A stretch of DNA of 63,822 bases, filler included, from Octopus bimaculoides (taxonomy: Eukaryota), in assembly GCF_001194135.2 (NCBI RefSeq). It is 6 parts of 6 records of this genome, joined end to end, with 100 filler letters (N's around TTAATTAATTAA, not from the genome) between each part and the next. Parts side by side here need not be neighbours in the genome. Positions count along the whole stretch, not along the records: positions 62,794 to 63,822 come from NW_026382120.1; 5 more parts are not named here. The stretch is one strand, 5' to 3'. The notes below the pieces were generated by a model, which made no database searches, was not told the origin of the DNA, and worked only from the letters and a program-made list of their open reading frames with translations. A program made the position numbers and the translations under genes. Below are positions 62,795 through 63,822 of the stretch, in pieces; the first letter of the stretch is position 1, and the number at the start of each line of letters is the position of its first letter.

Positions 62795-63345
62795 TTCTTT
62801 TATTTGTTTCAGTCATTTGACTGCGGCCATGCTGGAGCACCGAGACTCATGTTATTCTTTTATTCCTTTACTTGTTTCAGTCAGTTGATTGTAGCCATGC
62901 TGGAGCACCTGGAGAACAAATAAACCCCAGGACGTAATCTTTGTAAGCCAATTACTTATTTTGCCGGGCCGCTATGTTACAGGAACGTAAACACACCGCC
63001 ATCGGTTGTCGAGTGCTGGCGGAGAGACAAACACAGACTTACACACACAAATATTTACATAGATAGATAGATAGATAGATNNNNNNNNNNCACAGACTTA
63101 CACACACAAATATTTACATAGATAGATAGATAGATAGATATACGACGGGCTTTCAGTTACCGTCTAGCAAGTTCACTCTCAAGGCCTTGTTCACCCTGAG
63201 GCTATAGTAGAAGACACTTGCCCAAGGTGCCACGCAGTGGNNNNNNNNNNGAAGACACTTGCCCAAGGTGCCACGCAGTGGGACTGAATCCTGAACCGTA
63301 TGGTTGGGAAGCAAGAATCTTACCAAACAGCCACGCCTGTGCCTA
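62795..63345 (-). mobile_element. Composite SINE(s) with internal (GATA)n; duplications at 10-N gaps
   Basis: Reverse complement of the right module, then (GATA)n, then the left module with head ending at ~63340. Confidence 0.8.
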
Positions 63346-63822
63346 TGTGTATATAGTGGATTTATTTGCTATTCATTCTGAAGATTTTAAGGATAGTCGT
63401 TTATTCAGCAGATGGTCATTCGATGAATGACCATCCAAATACATGCAGAAATACCCACATAGCGAGTATCGCGTGTTGAATTGAATCGATGGGAAGGAGG
63501 GGGAGGACGATGGTGATGATGAAATGGATGTCCACGGATAATACGGACTATACTGCTCTAATCCCAAGGATACCAACTCTGATGTTAAAATCACGAGGCT
63601 AGTAGAAACGCGCGTAGTGATGTATTAAATATTTATATATTCCATCCTTGTATCCTACACTATATCGGTATAGCAATGACGCAACCCACAAAAACTGTCT
63701 CACTAATCAGTATCATTTGAAGATAGCCGGCATAATGAAATAGGAGCCATATTTGCATAACATTAACGTTACCATTCTTTACATTTGACGGATATTTGTC
63801 CTCATCTTGTTTGTTGTTAACA

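Overview
Repeat-dense animal genomic DNA with many N gaps, AT-rich, with abundant (TA)n, (TG)n, (CAT)n and (CAG)n microsatellites. The repeat content (tRNA-headed SINE families, RTE LINEs with (GAT)n tails) looks like octopus/coleoid cephalopod DNA, possibly an O. bimaculoides-type draft scaffold. That assignment is inference from recall, not a database result. Most of the window is intronic or intergenic: decayed RTE LINEs of two lineages, several SINE families, Tc1/mariner and hAT relics and MITEs. No complete protein-coding gene, CRISPR array or bona fide RNA gene is supportable. I found one well-formed minus-strand host exon (29416-29609), a weaker one (26608-26681) and a promoter-like motif cluster near 57.45 kb. 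Manual translation across stops and frameshifts revealed relics that are not evident from the ORF track. Between 15.6 and 19.25 kb there are four fragments from three restriction-like-endonuclease (RLE) retrotransposon clades (R4/Dong, CRE twice, HERO). There is also a Tx1/L1 relic at 56.4-56.8 kb and a PAN/apple-like Cys motif at 37.2 kb. Several hairpin and foldback structures could form dsRNA. I see no convincing new enzymatic system; the leads are transposon biology, structure and one unidentified gene.
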